From Octopus sinensis (taxonomy: Eukaryota), in NCBI RefSeq assembly GCF_006345805.1, contig NC_043011.1, forward strand, positions 49,302,464 through 49,366,463: DNA of 64,000 bases, read 5' to 3'. Position 1 is the stretch's first letter; every line of letters begins with the position of its first letter. Shown here one piece after another: positions 1-14,432 of the stretch. The notes under the pieces are model-generated. The model saw only the letters and a list, made by a program, of their open reading frames with translations, did not search any database and was not told the DNA's origin. The position numbers and the translations under genes were made by a program.

Positions 1-41
1 TACATATATATCTATGTATATATATGTATGCGAGTATCTAT

Positions 42-134
42 TTTTCACACGTTTCAGACATTTGGCTGCGGTTACGCTAGAGCACCACTTCAAAGGGTTT
101 TAGTCGAAGAAATCGACATCAGGACTTATTCTTT
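42..134 (-). mobile_element. 3' segment of family B SINE (diverged)
   Basis: tttcagacatttggctgcggttacgctagagcacc...gtcgaagaaatcgac...acttattcttt matches the reverse-complemented 3' end of the family B copies elsewhere in the window. Confidence 0.6.
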
Positions 135-159
135 CTTACGCAATTGTTTAATATTTTGG

Positions 160-610
160 CACAAGGCCATGTGATTTCGGGAGAGGGCTTAAGTCGATTC
201 TACTGGAACTTATTTTATCGATCTTGAGAGGATGGAAGTCAATTTCGACCTCGGTAGAATTTGACCTCATAATGTGAAGTAGTTTTCCCGGCGCGCCAAC
301 GATTCTGCCAGCTCACAGCCATTGTTTCTTATAAATTTATTCAATTCATGTAGATTTTACCGACAAAGATTTTTTTCATCTTTAGTTTCATGCCCCAGCA
401 TTTGTTGTCGTCTTTATATTCTCCTTTCTACAAGGGCTGAACTTTTGGACGAGGGAGCTCGCCGATTACATCGACCACAGTACTTAACTGGTACTTATTT
501 TATCGACCCCGAAATAATGAAAGGCAAAAATCGACACAAACATGAAGACGGAGGAAATGTCGCTAAGCAATTTGCTCGGTGCGCTACCGATTCTGCCAGC
601 TCGCGGCCTT
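160..610 (-). mobile_element. Two degenerate family A SINE copies (~160-320 and ~421-610)
   Basis: Recognisable cttattttatcga..., gacctcgg..gaatttga and ttctgccagctc blocks with many substitutions. Confidence 0.6.
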
Positions 611-643
611 TATCATTTCGTATTTATTGTTTCGTATTTATTA

Positions 644-1399
644 ATTTCTTTACTACCCACAAGGGGCTATACACAGAGGGGATAAACAAGGACAGACAAA
701 CGGATTAAGTCGATTATATCGACCCCAGTGCGTAACTGGTACTTAATTTATCGACCCCGAAAGGATGAAAGGCAAAGTCGACCTCGGCGGAATTTGAACT
801 CAGAACGTAACGACAGACGAAATACGGCTACGCATTTCGCCCGGTGTGCTAACGTTTCTGCCAGCTCGCCGCCTTATTTATTTATTTATTTATTTTTTAA
901 TACCTATTTCTTTATTATCCACAAGGGGCTAAACACAGAGGGGACAAACAAGGACAGACATAGGTATTAAGTCGATTATATCGACCCCAGTGCGTAACTG
1001 GTACTTAATTTATCGACCCCGAAAGGATGAAAGGCAAAGTCGACCTCGGCGGAATTTGAACTCAGAACGTAACGACAGACGAAATACGGCTACGCATTTC
1101 GCCCGGTGTGCTAACGTTTCTGCCAGCTCGCCGCCTTATTTATTTATTTATTTATTTTTTAATACCTATTTCTTTATTATCCACAAGGGGCTAAACACAG
1201 AGGGGACAAACAAGGACAGACATAGGTATTAAGTCGATTATATCGACCCCAGTACGTAACTGGTACTTAATTTATCGACCCCGAAAGGATGAAAGGTAAA
1301 GTCGACCTCGGCGGAATTCGAACTCACAACGTAACGCAGACGAAATACCGCTAAGCATTTCGCCCGGCGTGCTACCGATTCTGCCAGCTCGCGGCCTTC
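644..1399 (-). mobile_element. Three tandem family A tRNA-derived SINEs, 262-bp period
   Basis: Copies at ~644-875, 901-1137 and 1163-1399. ORFs 728-970 and 990-1232 are identical. The head has A-box-like GAGCTGGCAGAA and B-box GAGTTCAAATTCC. The body gcctttcatcctttcggggtcgataaattaagtacc resembles the Meta-SINE domain (from recall). Confidence 0.9.
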
Positions 1400-1479
1400 A
1401 TCATTTCGTATTTATAGATTGTATTCATGTAGACCTTCCAGAGAAAGATGTGTTTTCATCTTTAGCTTCATGCCTCAGC

Positions 1480-1807
1480 ACTTATTCTTTGTAAGCCTAG
1501 TACTTATTCCATGGGTCTCTCTTGCCGAACCACTAAGTGACGGAGACGTAAACACACCAGCATCGTTTGTCAAGCAATGTTTGGGGGACAAACACAGACA
1601 CACAAACATATACATACACAAAAACATACATACACATATATACGACGGGCTTCTTTCAGTTTCCATCTATCAAATCCACTCGCAAGGCTTTAGTCGGCCC
1701 AAGGCTAAAGTAGAAGACACTTGCCCAAGGTGCCACGCAGTGGGAGTGAACCCGGAACCATGTCGTTCGTAAGCAAGCTACTTGCCACAGAGCCACTCCT
1801 ACGCCTA
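1480..1807 (-). mobile_element. Family B SINE (CORE-like), 3' end missing here
   Basis: Head taggcgtaggagtggc, CORE-like ccttgggcaagtgtctt, internal microsatellite. Confidence 0.85.
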
Positions 1808-1828
1808 TATATATATATATATTTGTGG

Positions 1829-1867
<39 letters not shown>

Positions 1868-2973
1868 TGTATGTATGTATGTATATATATATATATACAC
1901 ACACTCATAAACACTTAACTATAGTTAAATAAATTTACAGACATACACACATCCATATATATATACATATATATATATATAAATATATACATATAATATA
2001 TATATACACGTGCGCACGCGCAATTGTTCATACTACATTTATATATACAAACACTACCATCATTACCCACCACCACCACCACCATCAACACCATCACATA
2101 CAGAAAAATACAAGATTGAAAAATATATTTAAATCAATCGCCAGCCATATCTGGTGTGAAGATCCTTAGCAAATCAAACTGTGAAATGGTACCAAAACTA
2201 AGAACACAGCTAAAAGAATGCCATTCTCTCTATTCAAGTGATGCCATTGCCAACTTAATCTGCTACAGCGTTCTATTCAGAACCATTTCCTATTTTTCTC
2301 TTAATGCTTTTACCGTCGAAGAGAAAACTTTAATTTGATAAGTTCACTTCTTTGTCCTGTAACAAAGCTTACCGATTCATTCTCAGAAAATATGAACGGA
2401 TGAAAAGAATTTGCAATGGAATTAGCTATATCTGTATTGTGTATATATGTGTGTGTGTGTGTGATATTATGTCTTTGTGAGAGTGTATGTGCGTGTATTG
2501 TGTGTATGTGTGTGTGTATGTTTGTATTTCTGTAGGCGTGTTTCTCAACGTATACACTTGTTTTGTGTTTGTGCACTTAATGGGTTTTATGTGTGTGTTT
2601 GTGCCTGTGTGTGTGTGTGTGTGCATTCATGTGTTTGTGCGTGTATGTTTATATATGTATGTATATATGTGTGTATGTATGTATGTGTGTGTGTATGCAT
2701 GTATGTGTATGTATGTGTATATATGTATGTATGTATATATGTGGGTGTGTATGTATATATGTGAGTATATGTATGTATGTGTGTGTGTGCATGTATGTAT
2801 GTATATATATACACACATATGTATATATATATATATATATATATTATATAATATATATACATATATATATTAGGGAGAGTGTGTGTGTGTGTGTGTGGTA
2901 GGAAGAGCGAGAGAAGGAGATACACACTTGCATGTTTGTATATTTGTGAGTGTGTGTATGTGTGTGTGGTGTG

Positions 2974-3020
<47 letters not shown>

Positions 3021-3567
3021 TGCTTTATATAAAGTACTGTGCAATAGAGTTAAATGTGTTTTAAGAAACCCTCCACAATGTAAAACAAAGCAGCAACGGA
3101 AGTTTTACATTTTATTATTATGATACGACATTTCGGATTTAAAAGCCCTTATCAAAAGCAGATGGCGACGGAGTTTAGCTATGTTCTACGCATAAACGTG
3201 GGAAGAATTACGCGGTGTTAATTAACTAATTAGCATCGCATAACTGCTATCTGTTGGTAAAATGATGTGATATTTTTTTCAATATGATTGACCTATATAA
3301 TCCTCAGATTTCTTGACATTCCGTTTTATGGCTTGGATGTTGATCGTAATGCCGTAATCACCGCATCTCTTCAGATGTTTTGAACACAGGTAACATTTAT
3401 ATGAAGATGTTGTTGCATGCGGATATGCAATTGAGAAACGGGGCTGGTGATGCAAAATACGTTATATTCATCACATATGTGATATATATATATAACATAA
3501 ACCTCTCAACATCATTAATAGAACAGGGTGTATACATACACACACACTCACGTATACATATAATTTT

Positions 3568-4008
3568 ATTTTACATGTTTCAATCATTTGGCTGCGGTCA
3601 TGCTGGAGCACAGCCTTAAAGGATTTTGGTCGATGAAGTCGACCACAGGATTTATTCTTTGTAAGCCTAATACTTATTCTATCGGTCTCTTATACCGAAC
3701 CTCTTGGTTACGAGGACGTAGACACACCAACATCAGTTATCAAGCGATGGTGGTGGAGACAAACAGACACATAGATGCATACACACATAGATGCGTACGT
3801 ATGTATGCATCTTTGTGTCTATGTTATATATATATATACACACACACACGACTGGCTTCTTTCAGTTTCCGTCCACCTAATCCATTCACAAGGTTTTAGT
3901 CAGCCTGTGGGTATAGTATACGATAGTTGCCCAAGGTACCAGGCAGTGGGACTGAACCCAGAACCCTGTAGTTGTGAAGAAATCTTCTCACAACGCAGCC
4001 ACACGTGC

Positions 4009-4009
<1 letters not shown>
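3568..4009 (-). mobile_element. Family B SINE, diverged
   Basis: Collinear match to the family B head, body and tail (ggctgcggtcatgctggagca). Confidence 0.8.
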
Positions 4010-4062
<53 letters not shown>

Positions 4063-5812
4063 GTATGTATGTATGTATGTATGTATGTATGTATGTATGT
4101 ATGTATGTATGTATAAGCGAACTTTTGGTTAGTTAAAATATATTTGTGAAATATTTCAACTTCTAACGTCAAATTCACTGCAGTTACCGTGGAAGAAAAA
4201 AAATTATCTCTTACGGTAAAAAGGTATAAAAGCACCATATCTGTCCAGTGCTGACTCATGTCGGATTCCCAGACGCGTTTCCAGCTCTTTAGTTGTTACC
4301 AATGGGAAATACCGAAGAGAGGCAATTCTGGACAGGCTTAATTAAAGTTGTAGCACTAACTAAAACACTGTCGGCAACGTTGACTGAGTTGCGCCATTAG
4401 ACCGCCAACTCGAAATAATATTCAGCAGTATCAGTGCCACACACACACGCACACACACTTATATATATATTTCTTTGGATGTCAATTTCAGTGAAGGCTC
4501 CAGAGTGGGCCAGACATATATTATTTAGCACTTCTCTACAGATCACCGGGGTGATTGTAGCAGTAATTCTATTATCAAAAGGTATTCTCGGATAACGGAT
4601 ATCCAACGTCCTTTAGCGTATACCGGCAGGTAGTAATCCTTAAAAGCAGGTTAGCATCACCTGTGGCAGTGTTCACTCACTAAAGCACATTTGATTCTAT
4701 TTCATAATGTTGGTATACACTGTACTTTTTATATACATACACACATGTATTGCGCATATATGAGTTTGTTTTTTGTGTGAAGAAATGTCTCAGAATTAAC
4801 ACAAATCCACTGAAAAGTGTGCGATGTTCGGACTATGGCCCATCTTCAAAGGAAAGGAGACGAACCGAGAATAAAGAAAGGGGTAGTATTTCATGGAGTA
4901 GGTATAATGCTGTGGCCTGAGATGAAGTAAATAATGATGGAGAGAATAGGTAGAGGGTTAAGAGATGGAATATCAAGTATGGCAATGAGCGTAATTGTTC
5001 TAGAAGATGCCTGTATGCACGCATTGCAGAAAAATATTACAAGAGTAAGAAACAAATTTTCTTGCTTAGCAGAAGAAATGAAGTGACTTAAGTCAGGGAT
5101 AAGTAAAATACATTTTAAGAATCTGATCTGTACTGTATACAGAGTAAACATTTGATTACACAAAAACAGCGTAAACAGATAGGAAATAAAACAAACAGGA
5201 AAAAAAAAACCTCTTTCGCCACATCACATATCAAATAACAATTAATAAAACGAGACATAATCGAAAAGCAAAGCGGATATAAAAACTACTGAAGTGGTAA
5301 CAAAATATCGATAAGCAAATAAAGAACTTAAGGAAAACATGACGTGATGGAGAAATCAACATGTAGATTACAGGATAACTTTATATAAGCTAATGGAAAG
5401 CAATAAACAAACAACTCTAGCAAGACAAGATATACTTATGCTTTTCGGTAAGAATGTATATTTGAATTTACTTGTAAATTTACTCTATGGCTTTTCATTA
5501 TAATTTAGATATAAGACAGTTAATTAAGTAACGTCATACTATCTTGTTTTTAAATCCGTAATTCTATTATTAAAACTAACGAAATAGTAGCTACTCTAAT
5601 GAATTGCTAACGTGTTTCTTTTTAGAATTGGCTTCTTTTCCTGTGAACTTTTCAAGTTTCTATGAAGAAATACTCGTCCTTCATAATATATTCCTCACCA
5701 CTGTTGAAATAGGAACTTGAACTAAGGTATAACGCGCTAATAATCAGAATTAGTCATGTTTATACACACACACACACATTATATATATATATAATGTGTA
5801 TATTATATACAT

Positions 5813-6246
<434 letters not shown>

Positions 6247-6328
6247 AAAATTAAGGGTAGAAATTGATATTAGTCAATTAAAACAGTGGTCTAGCACATT
6301 AAAAATAATCCGAAGATTAAAATATTTA

Positions 6329-6648
6329 TATATACCAATTAAGGACTGAACACGAAAAGGTGGACAGTCAACATGCTAGATATAGACGTCAAATCGCATT
6401 CTCCACAAAGATTTTGTTCTCAAATAAAAATAAAATTCAGCACGACCTAAAGCAATGGATGAGACAAAAGAAATATACTAAATGGAATAATTCCATTTAT
6501 TCCATTTAGTATATTCTTTTGTCTCATCCATTGCTTTAGGTCGTGCTGAATTTTATTTATTTGAGAACAAAATCTTTGTGGAGAATGGCGATTTGACGTC
6601 TATATCTAGCATGTTGACTGTCCACCTTTTCGTGTTCAGTCCTTAATT

Positions 6649-6654
<6 letters not shown>
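6329..6654. repeat. Near-perfect ~160-bp fold-back inverted repeat ending in (TA)n
   Basis: Arms 6329-6489 and 6498-6654, 8-nt spacer, only three small indels between the arms. Confidence 0.9.
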
Positions 6655-6686
<32 letters not shown>

Positions 6687-6867
6687 CAAACAGAATTAGT
6701 AAAATAGAAGAGAGAAGCGTGCGTTGTCTTACATTAAATAAGTTCCAAAGCTGGTAAAAAAAAATGCGAAACAAATTTTCCTTCACAAGATAGGATGTTG
6801 CTAATCCATGTCACTTATCGTCCAAAAGATCCTTATAATTCACGCTTAAATACGCATGCATATCCTT

Positions 6868-7060
6868 TTGTTCTTTTACTTGTTTCAATCATTTAACTGC
6901 GGCCATACTAGAGCACCGCCTTGAAGGGTTTTTAGTCGAAGAAATCGACACCAGTACATATTCTTTGTAGGCCTAGTACTTATTTTATCGGTCTCTTTTG
7001 CTGAACTGCTAAGTTACAAGGATGTAAACACTCCAACATCCGTTTTCAAATGATGGTGTG
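6868..7060 (-). mobile_element. Family B SINE 3' half
   Basis: cttttacttgtttcaatcatttaactgcggccatactagagcaccgcc... Confidence 0.75.
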
Positions 7061-7061
7061 T

Positions 7062-7086
<25 letters not shown>

Positions 7087-7096
<10 letters not shown>

Positions 7097-7346
7097 GAAA
7101 TGAAGAAAATGCTGACAAAATAATTTAAGTAATTTAAGTAATTTAATTAGGTGAAAGTTCTTTTACCGGTTGCGCATTTGTTATGCTTATCAAAAGATAA
7201 TTTTTTAAAGAGAGATAGAGTTTTTTTCTGATAGATTTTGATAAGCATAACAAATGCGCAACCGGTAAAAAGAACTTTCACCTAATTAAATTGCTTAAAT
7301 TACTTAAATTATTTTGTCAGCATTTTCTTCATTTCCTTTTTATATA
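7087..7346. repeat. ~110-bp-arm fold-back inverted repeat, 40-nt spacer
   Basis: Arms 7087-7195 and 7236-7346. A single-arm relative lies at 45429-45590. Confidence 0.9.
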
Positions 7347-7373
7347 TCCAACTCGTGTTCCACATCTCTTTTT

Positions 7374-7486
<113 letters not shown>

Positions 7487-8069
7487 GAGAAAGAAATAAG
7501 TGGAAATTTTACCGGTAAGTGTGTTAAATATAACAAAAAGAAAATGACTCTCTCCAGACACAACAGAATATGCTTCAACACACGAACTCACAAAGAATCT
7601 TGCAAACCAAATTCCAAAACCATACAGACAGACAGACAGAGACAGGCAGACAGACAGAGACAGGCAGACAGACAGGTAGATCCGTTAGAACAAATACAAC
7701 TTTAAGTGGAGAATAATTATATTTTGTGTTTATATGAATGAAAAATATAAAAAATATAAAGATAAATTTCCATAGAATAAGTATTTTCGTATCATAGTTC
7801 AACTGAAAGTATTTTGGCAAACGTATTCCTAAGGTGAGTTTGAAATATAAATTTTACATAAACATACATAAAAAAAAGTGAGAGTGGAAAGAGACAAAGA
7901 AAAATAAATATTCACTTGTTGCTTCGAGTCATTTATATAGAAAAAGATTTTACTATATACATTTTTGAGCTTCGCAGCTGAATAGTAGTATATAAATACA
8001 CACACACAACACACATATACATGTAATACATATGTATGTATCTATGCGTCCATTTAAAATATATATATA

Positions 8070-8107
<38 letters not shown>

Positions 8108-8108
8108 T

Positions 8109-8464
<356 letters not shown>

Positions 8465-8859
8465 CTATCTATATATATATATAAATACGCGCGTGCGTGT
8501 ATATGCATATACGTATGTATTATGGAAATATTCATTAGTTTTCTAAAACAGTTATAATTTCTCGGTGATATATGCATCCTCGTTCAATTTATATAGCATG
8601 AACCAAATGTCTTTAAATCAACAGCGGCTGTGAAGGTGAACAGTCCTCGAATTATGATTATCCCGCGATACACCTCCCGCTAAATATTTCATATTTCTTT
8701 TGTGCTATTATTGACTCGTTTTCTTCCCATTTATTCAATGCTTAAAGACAGAGAATCATTTCACAAAAACCGGTTTAGTCATTGCGCTGTTATACCTTTT
8801 AGCTGAACTAAAATTATACTGCCAACGTGAATGTAGGTCAAGTATGCGAGTGCGTACCT

Positions 8860-8913
8860 GTGTGTATATACGTATGTATCTATGTACATACGCACGTATG
8901 AATACATGTATGA

Positions 8914-8948
<35 letters not shown>

Positions 8949-9115
8949 CACATACATACATATATATATATACATACACATACATACATACATACATATA
9001 TATATACATGCACATACATACATAATATATATATATATAACATACACATACATACATACATATATATATATGCATACATACATACATACATATAATACTT
9101 ATATATATGCATACA

Positions 9116-9147
<32 letters not shown>

Positions 9148-9700
9148 CATATGCTACATACATACATGCATGCATACATACATGCATACATACATACATG
9201 TATGCATACATGCGTATATATATGCATGCACACATACGTATATGCATGCATGCATACATACGTATATGCATGCATGCATACATACGTATATGCATGCATA
9301 CATACATACATACGTATATGCATGCATGCATGCATACATACATACATAGATGCATGCATACATACATACATGTATGCATGCATACATACATATATGCATG
9401 CATACATATATGCATGCATGCATGCATACATACGTATATGCATGCATACATACAGGCATGCATGCATACATGCATGCATGCATACATACATGCATCCATA
9501 CATACATGCATGCATGCATACATGCATGCATATGTGTATGTGTATGTACGCATGCATACATACATACGTATATGCATGCATACATACATGCATGCATGCA
9601 TGCATACATGCATATATATATATATATATGTGTGTATGTGTGTGTGTGTATCTGTATATATGCATACATATCCACCTATCTGTACACACCCAAACACACA
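8860..9700. repeat. Compound (TACA)n/(TGCA)n/(TA)n microsatellite
   Basis: Visible tandem 2- and 4-mers; source of the MHAYIHT/MYVC ORFs. Confidence 0.95.
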
Positions 9701-10351
9701 CATGCTCACATACACAAAACACGGCCTGTGCACGCGCGCAGACACAGATAATACAGTCATACGTAACATCTTTGCATTAATGCATTAAGTGTGATTAGTA
9801 TAGCGCTGTGAAAGAGAGAGAGAGAGAAGGAGAGGGGAGAAAGACAGAGAGAGGGGTGGAAGATAGAGAGGTGGAAGGAGGAGGGATTAAATGTATGGGT
9901 ATTTGTGCCAATGTTCCTACGTGTGGGTGGTTGGATGACATGAAGTGAAGTTTTGCGGAGGAAAGGGTGGGAGTGATATCCGGATGATTGTGACAGAACC
10001 GAGACGGAAGGTAAGTTCCAGTGGTGGGAGTAATCATGTTAAACGTTGAAAAGAAGAGGAGGAGGAGGTGGAAAGGAGGTGGAAAGAGGGAGGGAGGAAG
10101 AGAATACAGATAAAGATTATCTTAATCATTGGAAATGGTAAAGAGGTTTATCTGAAACAGCGTTTCTATGACAGAATTTTTGTTTTATGCTATCATCTTG
10201 TTGTTGTTGATGTTGACGTTGTTGTTGGTACTGCTGGTGGTATTGTCGCGGATGCTACAGTTACTGATGATAAACAAATACATGTATGTATGTATGTACA
10301 TCTCTATATATATACATGTATGTGTATGAGTGTGTGTGTGTGTGGTGTATA

Positions 10352-10749
10352 TCTTTATATATAAAAGTGAAGTTGTGTGAGTGTCTGTCTCCTACGATTT
10401 AGATTCCTAACTACTCCCACATTTTGCGGTGCAGTTTAACCAAAACCGGGTATCTTATAGTCGTGATTCATATCGAGCCCTTCTGGGTATTAGCGCGCAT
10501 CTACGATGATTCTACGATTTAAAAAAAAATTTACCATCATTTTTTCCTTTTTCATGCATTTTTTCGCTATTATATAAGGGAAGTAACTCTCTAAAAATGT
10601 CTACGATGAGTCAACGATTTAAAAATAAAATACCATCATTTTTTTCCATTTTTAATGCATTTTTTGCTATTTTTTGGCTATAACTCTCTAAAAATGCTTA
10701 TATAGTTATTTCCCTTACAAACCCAAGCAACGCCGGGCCATACTGCTAG
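10352..10749 (+). mobile_element. Non-autonomous Helitron with internal ~105-bp duplication
   Basis: 5' TC, 3' hairpin-like cccaagcaacgccggg followed by CTAG, inserted between A and T; same family at 14828 and 46340. Confidence 0.75.
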
Positions 10750-10935
10750 TATATATATATTATATATCTGTCTATCACCTTCATTCCCTCTTTATCCACA
10801 CACACACAAACACACACACACACACACACACACATACACATATGTATGGTTTAAATTTACAGAAAACAAAAGACAAGGGCAGGTGAGGGAACAAGCAGGT
10901 GAATTAGTTTGATGCTCGGGGGAGAATGGATAGGT

Positions 10936-10971
10936 CTTTGACGTTTCAAGCCTACGCTCTTCAACAGAAAG
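10936..10971 (-). ncRNA. Minimal type I hammerhead-like motif (CUGUUGA variant) in a ~200-bp element ending at (TA)n
   Basis: Minus strand CUUU CUGUUGA A GAGC GUAG GCUU GAAAC GUC AAAG. Confidence 0.5.
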
Positions 10972-11035
10972 GGTTAAGAAGAAATAATGAAGAGAGAAGG
11001 AAAAACAAAAATGAAGTGGTGAGAGAAAATATGTG

Positions 11036-11099
<64 letters not shown>

Positions 11100-11324
11100 T
11101 ATAGATATATATATATATATATTATATATATATATATATATATAGCAATATTAACTCTCATAGCGAGGAGTAAACACTAGCAGCACGGAATCGTGAAGTA
11201 CATAAATGTGGCGGTCCTATAGAGGACGATGCTACTGTTGTTTGCAGCCCAAGAGGACACACACACACACACAACACACACACACATATATATAATATAT
11301 ATATATATATATACACACATACAC

Positions 11325-11430
11325 AGAGGCAAAGTCAACCTTGGCAGAATTTGAACTCAGAACGTAAGGGTTGACGAAATGTCGCTAAAACATTTTTTTC
11401 GGCATGCTAACAATTCTGCCAGCTCACCTC
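11325..11430 (-). mobile_element. Family A SINE fragment
   Basis: ggcaaagtcaaccttggcagaatttgaactcagaacg...ttctgccagctc. Confidence 0.7.
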
Positions 11431-11859
11431 CAAACACAACTCGATGAAATTAATCACTGGCAAGGACACAGTATCTCGTTTTGTACCCATAATATGCTAC
11501 CAAATATATTACGGGTTTACAAGTAAATATTGTGCCTCATCGTGTGTTAGCCGTGCAATATTCTCACCTTTAACTTTATCTCTCTATAGATTTTCTATAA
11601 AATTCATAACCAGCTCTACAAGTTACAACATATCATAAACAAACATTGTAAACAATGCGATTGGATCGCATTGTCTCTGTCTTTTTTTTTCTTTCTATTT
11701 CCGCTAGCATAGTATACACAGACTAATTCGTACGCAAAACGTTATTACTTGCAGTGGTGGCTCTGATTTTAACAGAGGATGTGTAGAGATAATTTTTTAA
11801 GTGGCAACTTAATGAATATTGGTTCCAAATTCTGATAAAATGCCAATATATTCGGAGTA

Positions 11860-11995
11860 GGAGTAAGTCGATTATATCGATCCCAGTGCTCAGGTGGCAG
11901 TTATTTTATCGACCCCGAAAGGAAGAAAGGCAAAGTCGACCTCGGTGGATGAAGTACTATTAAGCATTTTCCCCGGCGTGCTAATGATTCTGCCG
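11860..11995 (-). mobile_element. Family A SINE fragment, degenerate
   Basis: aagtcgattatatcgatcccagtg...gaaaggcaaagtcgacctcgg. Confidence 0.65.
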
Positions 11996-12948
11996 GTTTT
12001 CGACCTTGTTAACGAATACTGAATGCACGAACATCTTAGATTAGAAAAGCCATTATAAAATTAATTTAATGTAATTAACCCAGTGTTATGACGTCCACAT
12101 TGTGAGGGCAAAATATATCTAAGCATATGTTATTATTGTCTTCGCTGGTTGACCACACATCAGAAGATGAGTACTCCTGACCCTTCTTCTTAGGAAGAAA
12201 ATTGATAGCAATCGCTATTTAAGTTAGACACAAACCAGGACCTATCGCAAATGATTTGGTTCAGTTGTATGTCATGCATTATTTTCGCGGGTTGATTAAA
12301 TGCTATATGTTGGTATTTTGTGTATGTTTCAGAAAATGTACGTAGATCCTTCCTCGTGTATATTAGTGCCAATCAAGTCCTATTCAATACTCATGATACC
12401 TAGCGCTAGAATCGGAGAATTAATTCTTAGTTTTTAGTATGGCTCCAAGAAAAATAAAAGTACTATTGAACAAATGCTTTCATTAAGAATAGAGCACACA
12501 CGAAAACGCCATTTTGCAACAACTTTTGTGGATTTTTTTTCTAAACTAATTGGTTGTATATAAACGAGAGAACCATTCAAAATATACTAAATTTCTATAA
12601 AACAGGACGTCGATTTACTAACACTGTTACATCTATCTATAGTCATGGATGAGAAGCGACCGGGAGCTGAATTTTTTCCTATGCGACCTGTGGTAATTTC
12701 TGAATGGCATACATAACGAAAAAATTTCTTTGAATATTTTAGTAATGCGGCCCTCAATCAATGACTATAGCTCAATGACTATAGCTCATTCCTTTGATCT
12801 ATCTTTTCACAAATGACTGAAACAAGTAAACTAGTAAAAGAGTTTATATATTGAATTACATGTATATACTGGTGTACCAAAATCGTTTAAGTGCTCAGTA
12901 ATAAGAAAGAGATATGACTAAGGAATACGTGATTATCTTAGGAACTTC

Positions 12949-13117
12949 ATAAGCGCAGGAGTGGCTGTGTGGTAAGTAGCTTGCTTACCAACCACATGGT
13001 TCCGGGTTCAGTCCCACTGCGTGGCATCTTGGGCAAGTGTCTTCTACTATAGCCTCGGGCCGACCAAAGCCTTGTGAGTGGATTTGGTAGACGGAAACTG
13101 AGAGAAACCCGTCGTGC

Positions 13118-13151
<34 letters not shown>

Positions 13152-13339
13152 TTGTTCCCCCAACATCGCTTGACAACCGATGCTGGCGTGTTTACGTCCC
13201 CGTAACTAGCGGTTCGGCAAAGAGACCGATAGAATAAGTACTAGGCTTACAAAGAATAAGTCCTAGGTTGATTTGCTCGACTAAAGGTGGTGCTCCAGCA
13301 TGGCCGCAGTCAAATGACTGAAACAAACAAGTAAAAGAG
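12949..13339 (+). mobile_element. Full-length family B SINE
   Basis: ataagcgcaggagtggctgtgtgg head to gactgaaacaaacaagtaaaagag tail. Confidence 0.9.
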
Positions 13340-13386
13340 CTATATATATATATATATAGATATATATATATATAATCTTTATACAC

Positions 13387-13468
<82 letters not shown>

Positions 13469-13989
13469 GCAGGCAGACGGACAGATATAGATACACGCAC
13501 TGTTGCTGGAACAGTCCTACTGACAGTTTTTAACTTAAAACTTTGTCAGCTGTTCATTGCAAACAAATTTTGATTGTACACCTTCAGAATAAGGCTCGAA
13601 GAATCATGGAATTAAAGATGAAAAGAATGTTTGTTTGTGACCTGACCCCAACAATTTTATATAAGCTCCCTGGAGCCCAGCTTTCTACGGTCACGGACTT
13701 TTATTTTCTCGGATATGATATGAGAAACAAAAGAATCTTATTTTTGCAACAAAACCTTTGAATTATAACGGGTTACGAATATATTTAGCTCTATTATTTT
13801 TTCTCTCAAGAATAGAATTACATGTCTACTCTTCAAAACATTTCACTGAAACAGTTCCGTTCTACAGCAGCGAAGTCTGGACTATAATAAGAATGCTATA
13901 GTAGACGGCAAGACAGTTCTAGTGTATAGCTGTAAGTCTTGGACAATATCATAAACTCTAGCAGAATAGTAGACGTTAAAACAGTTCTA

Positions 13990-14244
13990 CTCTTTTACTT
14001 GTTTCAGTCCTTTGACTGCGGCCATGCTGGAGCACCGCCTTTAGTCGAGCAAATCGACCCCGGGACTTATTCTTTGTAAGCCCAGTACTTATTCTATCGG
14101 TCTCTTTTACCGAACCGCTAAGTGACGGCGACGTAAACTCACCAGCATCGGTTGTCAAGCAATGCTAGGAGGACAAACACAGATACACAAACATGCACAC
14201 ACACACACACATACACACACACACACACACCACACACATATATC

Positions 14245-14280
<36 letters not shown>

Positions 14281-14432
14281 CGACGGGCTTCTTTCAGTTT
14301 CCGTCTACCAAATCCACTCACAAGGCTTTGGTCGGCCCGAGGCTATAGTAGAAGACACTTGCCCAAGATGCCACGCAGTGGGACTGAACCCGGAACCATG
14401 TGGTTGGTAAGCAAGCTACTTACCACACAGCC
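13990..14432 (-). mobile_element. Family B SINE
   Basis: Near-consensus body and tail; first ~14 nt of the head missing. Confidence 0.9.

Noticed and set aside
728-1232. Identical 80-aa ORFs (MRNWYLIYRPRKDERQ...)
   Set aside because: Antisense frame of family A SINE; the same peptide recurs wherever the SINE occurs
3124-3158. Hammerhead-like TTGATAA-GGGC...ATCC-GAAAT-GTCGTA on the minus strand
   Set aside because: At least three core or stem changes; cannot be told from chance by eye
4542-4629. Possible 88-nt exon (ctctacag acceptor, open frame HRGDCSSNSIIKRYSRITDIQRPLAYTG)
   Set aside because: Weak donor (gtagta), unrecognised peptide, no partner exons
8756-9788. Long ORFs (up to 337 aa) of MYVC/HTYI type, also at 35663-36900, 58472-59018, 61246-62061 and 63255-63815
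   Set aside because: Read-through of di- and tetranucleotide microsatellites that lack stop codons; open on both strands
12158-12182. cagaagatgagtactcc resembling a hammerhead core plus stem II
   Set aside because: No GAAA box and no loop II
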